The notes under the pieces are model-generated. The model was not told the origin of the DNA, ran no database searches, and worked only from the letters and a program-made list of their open reading frames with translations. From Camelus dromedarius (taxonomy: Eukaryota), in NCBI RefSeq assembly GCF_036321535.1, contig NC_087436.1:1116001-1180000 (forward strand): a DNA stretch of 64,000 bases, in the 5' to 3' direction. Numbering within the stretch: the first letter of the stretch is position 1; each line of letters starts with the position of its first letter. A program made the translations under genes and the position numbers. Of the stretch, positions 1 through 12,300 are shown piece after piece.

Positions 1-3000
1 CCATATATATGTATGGAATGGAGTTTGCAACTGAAAAGAAACTTTGTGTTCCCAACAAGCTAGGTGAAGGACGGCTTTCACACACATTTATCTCTCAGAA
101 CTGAGCAAGTGGAGAGACGTTCGTTCATGTAGCACCAAGGGAACGGGTTGCAGGAGACAATTTTTCTCTGCTTTCTCAGTCTGTTTCCTAGTGCCGGTTA
201 GAAGTTCCTGCAGTTTTCACTGTCAAACCGAGTTGGAGCTAGTACCTACCATATATATGTATGGAATGGAGTTTGCAACTGAAAAGAAACTTTGTGTTCC
301 CAACAAGCTAGGTGAAGTACGGCTTTCACACACACTTATCTCTCAGAACTGAGCAAGTGGAGAGACGTTCGTTCATCTAGCACCAAGGGAACGGGTTGCA
401 GGTGACACTTTTTCTCTGCTTTCTCAGTCTATTTCCTAGTGCCGGTTTGAAGTTCCTGCAGTTTTCACTGTCAAACCGAGTTGGAGCTAGTACCTCCCCT
501 TATATATGTATGGAATGGAGTTGGCAAGTGAAAAGAAACTTTGTGTTCCCAACAAGCTAGGTGAAGGACGGCTTTCACACACACTTATCTCTCAGAACTT
601 AGCAAGTGGAGAGACGTTCTTTCATGTAGCACCAAGGGAACGGGTTGCAGGAGACACTTTTTCTCTGCTTTCTCAGTCTGTTTCCTAGTGCCGGTTTGAA
701 GTTCCTGCAGTTTTCACTGTAAAACCGTGTTGGAGCTTGTACCTCCCCATATATATGTATGGAATGGAGTTTGCAACTGAAAAGAAACTTTGTGTTCCCA
801 ACAAGCTAGGTGAAGGACGGCTTTCACACACACTTATCTCTCAGAAATGATCAAGTGGAGAGACGTTCGTTCATCTAGCACCAAGGGAACGGGTTGCAGG
901 AGACACTTTTTCTCTGCTTTCTCAGTCTGTTTCCTAGTGCCGGTTTGAAGTTCCTGCAGTTTTCACTGTAAAACCGTGTTGGAGCTTGTACCTCCCCATA
1001 TATATGTATGGAATGGAGTTTGCAACTGAAAAGAAACTTTGTGTTCCCAACAAGCTAGGTGAAAGACGGCTTTCACACACACTTATCTCTCAGAACTGAT
1101 CAAGTGGAGAGACGTTCGTTCATCTAGCACCAAGGGAACGGGTTGCAGGAGACACATTTTCTCTGCTTTCTCAGTCTGTTTCCTAGTGCCGGTTTGAAGT
1201 TCCTGCAGTTTTCACTGTAAAACCGAGTTGGAGCTTCTACCTCCCCATATATATGTGTGGAATGGAGTTTGCAACTGAAAAGAAACTTTGTGTTCCCAAC
1301 AAGCTAGGTGAAGGACGGCTTTCACACACACTTATCTCTCAGAACAGAGCAAGTGGAGAGACGTTCGTTCATCTAGCACCAAGGGAACGGGTTGCAGGAG
1401 ACACTTTTTCTCTGCTTTCTCAGTCTGTTTCCTAGTGCCGGTTTGAAGTTCCTGCAGTTTTCACTGTAAAACCGAGTTGGAGCTTGTACCTCCCCATATA
1501 TATGTATGGAATGGAGTTTGCAACTGAAAAGAAACTTTGTGTTCCCAACAAGCTAGGTGAAGGACGGCTTTAACACACACTTATCTCTCAGAACAGAGCA
1601 AGTGGAGAGACGTTCGTTCATCTAGCACCAAGGGAACGGGTTGCAGGAGACACTTTTTCTCTGCTTTCTCGGTCTGTTTCCTAGTGCCGGTTTGAAGTTC
1701 CTGCAGTTTTCACTGTAAAACCGAGTTGGAGCTTGTACCTCCCCATATATATGTATGGAATGGAGTTTGCAACTGAAAAGAAACTTTGTGTTCCCAACAA
1801 GCTAGGTGAAGGACGGCTTTCACACACACTTATCTCTCAGAACTGAGCAAGTGGAGAGACGTTCGTTCATCCAGCACCAAGGGAACGGGTTGCAGGAGAC
1901 ACGTTTTCTCTGCTTTCTCAGTCTGTTTCCTAGTGCCGGTTTGAAGTTCCTGCAGTTTTCACTGTAAAACCGAGTTGGAGCTTCTACCTCCCCATATATA
2001 TGTATGGAATGGAGTTTGCAACTGAAAAGAAACTTTGTGTTCTCAACAAGCTATGTGAAGGACGGCTTTCACACACACTTATCTCTCAGAACTGAGCAAG
2101 TGGAGAGACGTTTGTTCATCTAGCACCAAGGGAACGGGTTGCAGGAGACACTTTTTCTCTGTTTTCTCAGTCTGTTTCCTAGTGCCGATTTGAAGTTCCT
2201 GCAGTTTTCACTGTAAAAACGAGTTGGAGCTTGTACCTCCCCAGATATATGTATGGAATGGAGTTTGCAACTGAAAAGAAACTTTGTGTTCCCAACAATC
2301 TAGGTGAAGGACGGCTTTCGCACACACTTATCTCTCAGAACAGAGCAAGTGGAGAGACGTTCGTTCATCTAGCACCAAGGGAACGGGTTGCAGGAGACAC
2401 TTTTTCTCTGCTTTCTCAGTCTGTTTCCTAGTGCCGGTTTGAAGTTCCTGCAGTTTTCACTGTCAAACCGAGTTGGAGCTAGTACCTCCCCATATATATG
2501 TATGGAATGGAGTTTGCAACTGAAAAGAAACTTTGTGTTCCCAACAAGCTAGGTGAAGGACGGCTTTCACACACATTTATCTCTCAGAACTGAGCAAGTG
2601 GAGAGACGTTCGTTCATGTAGCACCAAGGGAACGGGTTGTAGGAGACACTTTTTCTCTGCTTTCTCAGTCTGTTTCCTAGTGCCGGTTAGAAGTTCCTGC
2701 AGTTTTCACTGTCAAACCGAGTTGGAGCTAGTACCTCCCCATATATATGTATGGAATGGAGTTTGCAACTGAAAAGAAACTTTGTGTTCCCAACAAGCTA
2801 GGTGAAGGACGGCTTTCACACACACTTATCTCTCAGAACTGAGCAAGTGGAGAGACGTTCGTTCATCTAGCACCAAGGGAACGGGTTGCAGGTGACACTT
2901 TTTCTCTGCTTTCTCAGTCTATTTCCTAGTGCCGGTTTGAAGTTCCTGCAGTTTTCACTGTCAAACCGAGTTGGAGCTAGTACCTCCCCTTATATATGTA

Positions 3001-4528
3001 TGGAATGGAGTTGGCAAGTGAAAAGAAACTTTGTGTTCCCAACAAGCTAGTTGAAGGACGGCTTTCACACACACTTATCTCTCAGAACTTAGCAAGTGGA
3101 GAGACGTTCTTTCATGTAGCACCAAGGGAACGGGTTGCAGGAGACACTTTTTCTCTGCTTTCTCAGTCTGTTTCCTAGTGCCGGTTTGAAGTTCCTGCAG
3201 TTTTCACTGTAAAACCGTGTTGGAGCTTGTACCTCCCCATATATATGTATGGAATGGAGTTTGCAACTGAAAAGAAACTTTGTGTTCCCAACAAGCTAGG
3301 TGAAGGACGGCTTTCACACACACTTATCTCTCAGAACTGATCAATTGGAGAGACGTTCGTTCATCTAGCACCAAGGGAACGGGTTGCAGGAGACACTTTT
3401 TCTCTGCTTTCTCAGTCTGTTTCCTAGTGCCGGTTTGAAGTTCCTGCAGTTTTCACTGTCAAACAGAGTTGGAGCTAGTACCTCCCCATATATATGTATG
3501 GAATGGAGTTTGGAACTGAAAAGAAACTTTGTGTTCACAACAAGCTAGGTGAAGGACGGCTTTCACACACACTTATCTCTCAGAACTGATCAAGTGGAGA
3601 GACGTTCGTTCATCTAGCACCAATGGAACGGGTTGCAGGAGACACTTTTTCTCTGCTTTCTCAGTCTGTTTCCTAGTGCCGGTTTGAAGTTCCTGCAGTT
3701 TTCACTGTAAAACCGAGTTGGAGCTTCTACCTCCCCATATATATGTATGGAATGGAGTTTGCAACTGAAAAGAAACTTTGTGTTCCCAACAAGCTAGGTG
3801 AAGGACGGCTTTCACACACAATTATCTCTCAGAACAGAGCAAGTGGAGAGACGTTCGTTCATCTAGCACCAAGGGAACGGGTTGCAGGAGACACTTTTTC
3901 TCTGCTTTCTCAGTCTGTTTCCTAGTGCCGGTTTGAAGTTCCTGCAGTTTTCACTGTAAAACCGAGTTGGAGCTTGTACCTCCCCATATATATGTATGGA
4001 ATGGAGTTTGCAACTGAAAATAAACATTGTGTTCCCAACAATCTAGGTGAAGGACGGCTTTCACACACACTTATCTCTCAGAACAGAGCAAGTGGAGAGA
4101 CGTTCGTTCATCTAGCACCAAGGGAACGGGTTGCAGGAGACACTTTTTCTCTGCTTTCTCAGTCTGTTTCCTAGTGCCGGTTTGAAGTTCCTGCAGTTTT
4201 CACTGTCAAACCGAGTTGGAGCTAGTACCTCCCCTTATATATGTATGGAATGGAGTTTGCAACTGAAAAGAAACTTTGTGTTCCCAACAAGCTAGGTGAA
4301 GGACGGCTTTCACACACACTTATCTCTCAGAACTGATCAAGTGGAGAGACGTTCGTTCATCTAGCACCAATGGAACGGGTTGCAGGAGACACTTTTTCTG
4401 TGCTTTCTCAGTCTGTTTCCTAGTGCCGGTTTGAAGTTCCTGCAGTTTTCACTGTAAAACCGTGTTGGAGCTTGTACCTCCCCATATATATGTATGGAAT
4501 GGAGTTTGCAACTGAAAAGAAACTTTGT

Positions 4529-4625
4529 GTTCCCAACAAGCTAGGTGAAGGACGGCTTTCACACACACTTATCTCTCAGAACTGAGCAAGTGGAGAGACG
4601 TTCGTTCATCTAGCACCAAGGGAAC
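4529..4625. other. Imperfect inverted repeat (~97 nt fold-back) within the monomer; representative copy, present in essentially every unit
   Basis: Nested complementary pairs: gttccc(4529-34)/gggaac(4620-25); gctaggtgaa(4540-49)/ttcatctagc(4605-14); acg..ctttc/gagag..cgt; cactt(4566-70)/aagtg(4588-92); ctcag(4575-79)/ctgag(4582-86). Paired by eye; no energy calculation was done. Confidence 0.6.
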
Positions 4626-6399
4626 GGGTTGCAGGAGACACTTTTTCTCTGCTTTCTCAGTCTGTTTCCTAGTGCCGGTTTGAAGTTCCTGCAGTTTTCA
4701 CTGTAAAACCGAGTTGGAGCTTCTACCTCCCCATATATATGTATGGAATGGAGTTTGCAACTGAAAAGAAACTTTGTGTTCCCAACAAGCTAGGTGAAGG
4801 ACGGCTTTCACACACACTTATCTCTCAGAACAGAGCAAGTGGAGAGACGTTCGTTCATCTAGCACCAAGGGAACGGGTTGCAGGAGACACTTTTTCTCTG
4901 CTTTCTCAGTCTGTTTCCTAGTGCCGGTTTGAAGTTCCTGCAGTTTTCACTGTAAAACCGAGTTGGAGCTAGTACCTCCCCATATATATGTATGGAATGG
5001 AGTTTGCAACTGAAAAGAAACTTTGTGTTCCCAACAATCTAGGTGAAGGACGGCTTTCACACACACTTATCTCTCAGAACAGAGCAAGTGGAGAGACGTT
5101 CGTTCATCTAGCACCAAGGGAACGGGTTGCAGGAGACACTTTTTCTCTGCTTTCTCAGTCTGTTTCCTAGTGCCGGGTTGAAGTTCCTGCAGTTTTCACT
5201 GTAAAACCGAGTTGGAGCTTGTACCTCCCCATATATATGCATGGAATGGAGTTTGCAACTGAAAAGAAACTTTGTGTTCCCAACAAGCTAGGTGAAGGAT
5301 GGCTTTCACACACACTTATCTCTCAGAACTGAGCAAGTGGAGAGACGTTCGTTCATCTAGCACCAAGGGAACGGGTTGCAGGTGACACTTTTTCTCTGCT
5401 TTCTCAGTCTGTTTCCTAGTGCCCGTTTGATTTTCCTGCAGTTTTCACTGTCAAACCGAGTTGGAGCTAGTACCTCCCCTTATATATGTATGGAATGGAG
5501 TTGGCAACTGAAAAGAAACTTTGTGTTCCCAACAAGCTAGTTGAAGGACGGCTTTCACACACACTTATCTCTCAGAACTTAGCAAGTGGAGAGACGCTCT
5601 TTCATATAGCACCAAGGGAACGGGTTGCAGGAGACACTTTTTCTCTGCTTTCTCAGTCTGTTTCATAGTGCCGGTTTGAAGTTCCTGCAGTTTTCACTGT
5701 AAAACCGTGTTGGAGCTTGTACCTCCCCATATATATGTATGGAATGGAGTTTGCAACTGAAAAGAAACTTTGTGTTCCCAACAAGCTAGGTGAAGGACGG
5801 CTTTCACACACACTTATCTCTCAGAACTGATCAAGTGGAGAGACGTTCGTTCATCTAGCACCAAGGGAACGGGTTGCAGGAGACACTTTTTCTCTGCTTT
5901 CTCAGTCTGTTTCCTAGTGCCGGTTTGAAGTTCCTGCAGTTTTCACTGTAAAACCGAGTTGGAGCTTCTACCTCCCCATATATATGTATGGAATGGGGTT
6001 TGCAACTGAAAAGAAACTTTGTGTTCCCAACAAGGTAGGTGAAGGACGGCTTTCACACACACTTATCTCTCAGAACAGAGCAAGTGGAGAGACGTTCGTT
6101 CATCTAGCACCAAGGGAACGGGTTGCAGGAGACACTTTTTCTCTGCTTTCTCAGTCTGTTTCCTAGTGCCGGTTTGAAGTTCCTGCAGTTTTCACTGTAA
6201 AACCGAGTTGGAGCTTCTACCTCCCCATATATATGTATGGAATGGAGTTTGCAACTGAAAAGAAACTTTGTGTTCCCAACAAGCTAGGTGAAGGACGGCT
6301 TTCACACACACTTATCTCTCAGAACAGAGCAAGTGGAGAGACGTTCGTTCATCTAGCACCAAGGGAACGGGTTGCAGGAGACACTTTTTCTCTGCTTTC

Positions 6400-9300
6400 T
6401 CAGTCTGTTTCCTAGTGCCGGTTTGAAGTTCCTGCAGTTTTCACTGTAAAACCGAGTTGGAGTTTGTACCTCCCCATATATATGTATGGAATGGAGTTTG
6501 CAACTGAAAAGAAACTTTGTGTTCCCAAAAAGCTAGGTGAAGGACGGCTTTCACACACACTTATCTCTCAGAACTGAGCAAGAGGAGAGACGTTCCTTCA
6601 TCCAGCACCAAGGGAACGGGTTGCAGGAGACACATTTTCTCTGCTTTCTCAGTCTGTTTCCTAGTGCCGGTTTGAAGTTCCTGCAGTTATCACTGTAAAA
6701 CCGAGTTGGAGCTTGTACCTCCCCATATATATGTATGGAATGGAGTTTGCAACTGAAAAGAAACTTTGTGTTCCCAACAATCTAGGTGAAGGACGGCTTT
6801 CACACACACTTATCTCTCAGAACAGAGCAAGTGGAGAGACGTTCGTTCATCTAGCACCAAGGGAACGGGTTGCAGGAGACACTTTTTCTCTGCTTTCTCA
6901 GTCTGATTCCTAGTGCCGGTTTGAAGTTCCTGCAGTTTTCACTGTGAAACCGAGTTGGAGCTTCTACCTCCCCATATATATGTATGGAATGGAGTTTGCA
7001 ACTGAAAAGAAACTTTGTGTTCCCAACAAGCTAGGTGAAGTACGGCTTTCACACACACTTATCTCTCAGAACAGAGCAAGTGGAGAGACGTTCGTTCATC
7101 TAGCACCAAGGGACCGGGTTGCAGGAGACACTTTTTCTCTGCTTTCTCAGTCTGTTTCCTAGTGCCGGTTTGAAGTTCCTGCAGTTTTCACTGTAAAACC
7201 GAGTTGGAGCTTCTACCTCCCCATTTATATGTATGGAATGGAGTTTGCAACTGAAAAGAAACTTTGTGTTCCCAACAAGCTAGGTGAAGCACGGCTTTCA
7301 CACACACTTATCTCTCAGAACAGAGCAAGTGGAGAGACGTTCGTTCATCTAGCACCAAGGGAACGGGTTGCAGGAGACACTTTTTCTCTGCTTTCTCAGT
7401 CTGTTTCCTAGTGCCGGTTTGAAGTTCCTGCAGTTTTCACTGTAAAACCGAGTTGGAGCTTGTACCTCCCCATATATATGTGTGGAATGGAGTTTGCAAC
7501 TGAAAAGAAACTTTGTGTTCCCAACAAGCTTGGTGAAGGACGGCTTTCACACACACTTATCTCTCAGAACTGAGCAAGTGGAGAGACGTTCGTTCATCCA
7601 GCACCAAGGGAACGGGTTGCAGGAGACACGTTTTCTCTGCTTTCTCAGTCTGTTTCCTAGTGCCGGTTTGAAGTTCCTGCAGTTATCACTGTAAAACCGA
7701 GTTGGAGCTTGTACCTCCCCATATATATGTATGGAATGGAGTTTGCAACTGAAAAGAAACTTTGTGTTCCCAACAAGCTAGGTGAAGGACGGCTTTCACA
7801 CACACTTATCTCTCAGAACTGAGCAAGTGGAGAGACGTTCGTTCATGTAGCACCAAGGGAACGGGTTGCAGGAGACACTTTTTCTCTGCTTTCTCAGTCT
7901 GTTTCCTAGTGCCGGTTAGAAGTTCCTGCAGTTTTCACTGTCAAACCGAGTTGGAGCTAGTACCTCCCCTTATATATGTATGGAATGGAGTTGGCAAGTG
8001 AAAAGAAACTTTGTGTTCCCAACAAGCTAGGTGAAGGACGGCTTTCACACACACTTATCTCTCAGAACTGATCAAGTGGAGAGACATTCGTTCATCTAGC
8101 ACCAAGGGAACGGGTTGCAGGAGACACTTTTTCTCTGCTTTCTCAGTCTGTTTCCTAGTGCCGGTTTGAAGTTCCTGCAGTTTTCACTGTAAAACCGAGT
8201 TGGAGCTTGTACCTCCCCATATATATGTATGGAATGGAGTTTGCAACTGAAAAGAAACTTTGTGTTCCCAACAAGCTAGTTGAAGGACGGCTTTCACACA
8301 CACTTATCTCTCAGAACAGAGCAAGTGGAGAGACGTTCGTTCATCTAGCACCAAGGGAACGGGTTGCAGGAGACACTTTTTCTCTGCTTTCTCAGTCTGT
8401 TTCCTAGTGCCGGTTTGAAGTTCCTGCAGTTTTCACTGTAAAACCGAGTTGGAGTTTCTACCTCCCCATATATATGTATGGAATGGAGTTTGAAACTGAA
8501 AAGAAACTTTGTGTTCCCAACAAGCTAGGTGAAGGACGGCTTTCACACACACTTATCTCTCAGAACTGAGCAAGTGGAGAGACGTTCGTTCATCTAGCAC
8601 CAAGGGAACGGGTTGCAGGAGACACTTTCTCTCTGCTTCCTCAGTCTGTTTCCTAGTGCCGGTTTGAAGTTCCTGCAGTTTTCACTGTAAAACCGAGTTG
8701 GAGCTTCTACCTCCCCATATATATGTATGGAATGGAGTTTGCAACTGAAAAGAAACTTTGTGTTCCCAACAAGCTAGTTGAAGGACGGCTTTCACACACA
8801 CTTATCTCTCAGAACTGAGCAAGTGGAGAGACGTTCGTTCATCTAGCACCAAGGGAACGGGTTGCAGGAGACACTTTTTCTCTGCTTTCTCAGTCTGTTT
8901 CCTAGTGCCGGTTTGAAGTTCCTGCAGTTTTCACTGTCAAACCGAGTTGGAGCTAGTACCTCCCCATATATATGTATGGAATGGAGTTTGCAACTGAAAA
9001 GAAACTTTGTGTTCCCAACAAGCTAGGTGAAGGACGGCTTTCACACACATGTATCTCTCAGAACTGAGCAAGTGGAGAGACGTTCGTTCATGTAGCACCA
9101 AGGGAACGGGTTGCAGGAGACACTTTTTCTCTGCTTTCTCAGTCTGTTTCCTAGTGCCGGTTTGAAGTTCCTGCAGTTTTCACTGTCAAACCGAGTTGGA
9201 GCTAGTACCTCCCCTTATATATGTATGGAATGGAGTTGGCAAGTGAAAAGAAGCTTTGTGTTCCCAACAAGCTAGGTGAAGGACGGCTTTCACACACACT

Positions 9301-12300
9301 TATCTCTCAGAACTGAGCAAGTGGAGAGACGTTCTTTCATGTAGCACCTAGGGAACGGGTTGCAGGAGACACTTTTTCTCTGCTTTCTCAGTCTGTTTCC
9401 TAGTGCCGGTTTGAAGTTCCTGCAGTTTTCACTGTAAAACCGTGTTGGAGCTTGTACCTCCCCATATATATGTATGGAATGGAGTTTGCAACTGAAAAGA
9501 AACTTTGTGTTCCCAACAAGCTAGGTGAAGGACGGCTTTCACACACACTTATCTCTCAGAACTGATCAAGTGGAGAGACGTTCGTTCATCTAGCACCAAG
9601 GGAACGGGTTGCAGGAGACACTTTTTCTCTGCTTTCTCAGTCTGTTTCCTAGTGCCGGTTTGAAGTTCCTGCAGTTTTCACTGTAAAACAGAGTTGGAGC
9701 TTCTACCTCCCCATATATATGTATGGAATGGTGTTTGCAACTGAAAAGAAACTTTGTGTTCCCAACAAGCTAGGTGAAGGACGGCTTTCACACACACTTA
9801 TCTCTCAGAACAGAGCAAGTGGAGAGACGTTCGTTCATCTAGCACCAAGGGAACGGGTTGCAGGAGACACTTTTTCTCTGCTTTCTCAGTCTGTTTCCTA
9901 GTGCCGGTTTGAAGTTCCTGCAGTTTTCACTGTAAAACCGAGTTGGAGCTTCTACCTCCCCATATATATGTATGGAATGGAGTTTGCAACTGAAAAGAAA
10001 CTTTGTGTTCCCAACAAGCTAGGTGAAGGACGGCTTTCACACACACTTATCTCTCAGAACAGAGCAAGTGGAGAGACGTTCGTTCATCTAGCACCAAGGG
10101 AACGGGTTGCAGGAGACACTTTTTCTCTGCTTTCTCAGTCTGTTTCCTAGTGCCGGTTTGAAGTTCCTGCAGTTTTCACTGTCAAACCGAGTTGGAGCTA
10201 GTACCTCCCCATATATATGTATGGAATGGAGTTTGCAACTGAAAAGAAACTTTGTGTTCCCAACAAGCTAGGTGAAGGACGGCTTTCACACACATGTATC
10301 TCTCAGAACTGAGCAAGTGGAGAGACGTTCGTTCATGTAGCACCAAGGGAACGGGTTGCAGGAGACACTTTTTCTCTGCTTTCTCAGTCTGTTTCCTAGT
10401 GCCGGTTTGAAGTTCCTGCAGTTTTCACTGTAAAACCGAGTTGGAGTTTGTACCTCCCCATATATATGTATGGAATGGAGTTTGCAACTGAAAAGAAACT
10501 TTGTGTTCCCAAAAAGCTAGGTGAAGGACGGCTTTCACACACACTTATCTCTCAGAACTGAGCAAGAGGAGAGACGTTCCTTCATCCAGCACCAAGGGAA
10601 CGGGTTGCAGGAGACACATTTTCTCTGCTTTCTCAGTCTGTTTCCTAGTGCCGGTTTGAAGTTCCTGCAGTTATCACTGTAAAACCGAGTTGGAGCTTGT
10701 ACCTCCCCATATATATGTATGGAATGGAGTTTGCAACTGAAAAGAAACTTTGTGTTCCCAACAATCTAGGTGAAGGACGGCTTTCACACACACTTATCTC
10801 TCAGAACAGAGCAAGTGGAGAGACGTTCGTTCATCTAGCACCAAGGGAACGGGTTGCAGGAGACACTTTTTCTCTGCTTTCTCAGTCTGATTCCTAGTGC
10901 CGGTTTGAAGTTCCTGCAGTTTTCACTGTGAAACCGAGTTGGAGCTTCTACCTCCCCATATATATGTATGGAATGGAGTTTGCAACTGAAAAGAAACTTT
11001 GTGTTCCCAACAAGCTAGGTGAAGTACGGCTTTCACACACACTTATCTCTCAGAACAGAGCAAGTGGAGAGACGTTCGTTCATCTAGCACCAAGGGACCG
11101 GGTTGCAGGAGACACTTTTTCTCTGCTTTCTCAGTCTGTTTCCTAGTGCCGGTTTGAAGTTCCTGCAGTTTTCACTGTAAAACCGAGTTGGAGCTTCTAC
11201 CTCCCCATATATATGTATGGAATGGAGTTTGCAACTGAAAAGAAACTTTGTGTTCCCAACAAGCTAGGTGAAGCACGGCTTTCACACACACTTATCTCTC
11301 AGAACAGAGCAAGTGGAGAGACGTTCGTTCATCTAGCACCAAGGGAACGGGTTGCAGGAGACACTTTTTCTCTGCTTTCTCAGTCTGTTTCCTAGTGCCG
11401 GTTTGAAGTTCCTGCAGTTTTCACTGTAAAACCGAGTTGGAGCTTGTACCTCCCCATATATATGTGTGGAATGGAGTTTGCAACTGAAAAGAAACTTTGT
11501 GTTCCCAACAAGCTTGGTGAAGGACGGCTTTCACACACACTTATCTCTCAGAACTGAGCAAGTGGAGAGACGTTCGTTCATCCAGCACCAAGGGAACGGG
11601 TTGCAGGAGACACGTTTTCTCTGCTTTCTCAGTCTGTTTCCTAGTGCCGGTTTGAAGTTCCTGCAGTTATCACTGTAAAACCGAGTTGGAGCTTGTACCT
11701 CCCCATATATATGTATGGAATGGAGTTTGCAACTGAAAAGAAACTTTGTGTTCCCAACAAGCTAGGTGAAGGACGGCTTTCACACACACTTATCTCTCAG
11801 AACTGAGCAAGTGGAGAGACGTTCGTTCATGTAGCACCAAGGGAACGGGTTGCAGGAGACACTTTTTCTCTGCTTTCTCAGTCTGTTTCCTAGTGCCGGT
11901 TAGAAGTTCCTGCAGTTTTCACTGTCAAACCGAGTTGGAGCTAGTACCTCCCCTTATATATGTATGGAATGGAGTTGGCAAGTGAAAAGAAACTTTGTGT
12001 TCCCAACAAGCTAGGTGAAGGACGGCTTTCACACACACTTATCTCTCAGAACTGATCAAGTGGAGAGACGTTCGTTCATCTAGCACCAAGGGAACGGGTT
12101 GCAGGAGACACTTTTTCTCTGCTTTCTCAGTCTGTTTCCTAGTGCCGGTTTGAAGTTCCTGCAGTTTTCACTGTAAAACCGAGTTGGAGCTTGTACCTCC
12201 CCATATATATGTATGGAATGGAGTTTGCAACTGAAAAGAAACTTTGTGTTCCCAACAAGCTAGGTGAAGGACGGCTTTCACACACACTTATCTCTCAGAA

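Noticed and set aside
11..24. atggaatggag resembling human satellite II/III (GGAAT)n
   Set aside because: There are only about two pentamers per 249 bp and no wider pentamer periodicity.
1..249. Tandem 5S rRNA, tRNA, snRNA or spliced-leader gene array
   Set aside because: I see no recognisable conserved RNA gene sequence, cloverleaf or A/B/C boxes, and no conserved-gene versus variable-spacer split; variants are spread over the whole unit. This was not excluded by a formal cmscan.
4600..4630. CENP-B box resemblance (TTCGTT ... GGAACGGG)
   Set aside because: The half-motifs are separated by about 14 extra bases, so the nTTCGnnnnAnnCGGGn spacing is not met on either strand.
8620..8650. Hammerhead-ribozyme-like core on the minus strand (CTGAGGA...GAAA) in cttcctcag variants, as in newt or schistosome satellites
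   Set aside because: It occurs only in a minority variant (consensus gives CTGAGAA). The intervening AGCAGAGA cannot form stem II, and I found no stem I/III with an NUH site. An Rfam/Infernal scan would settle it.
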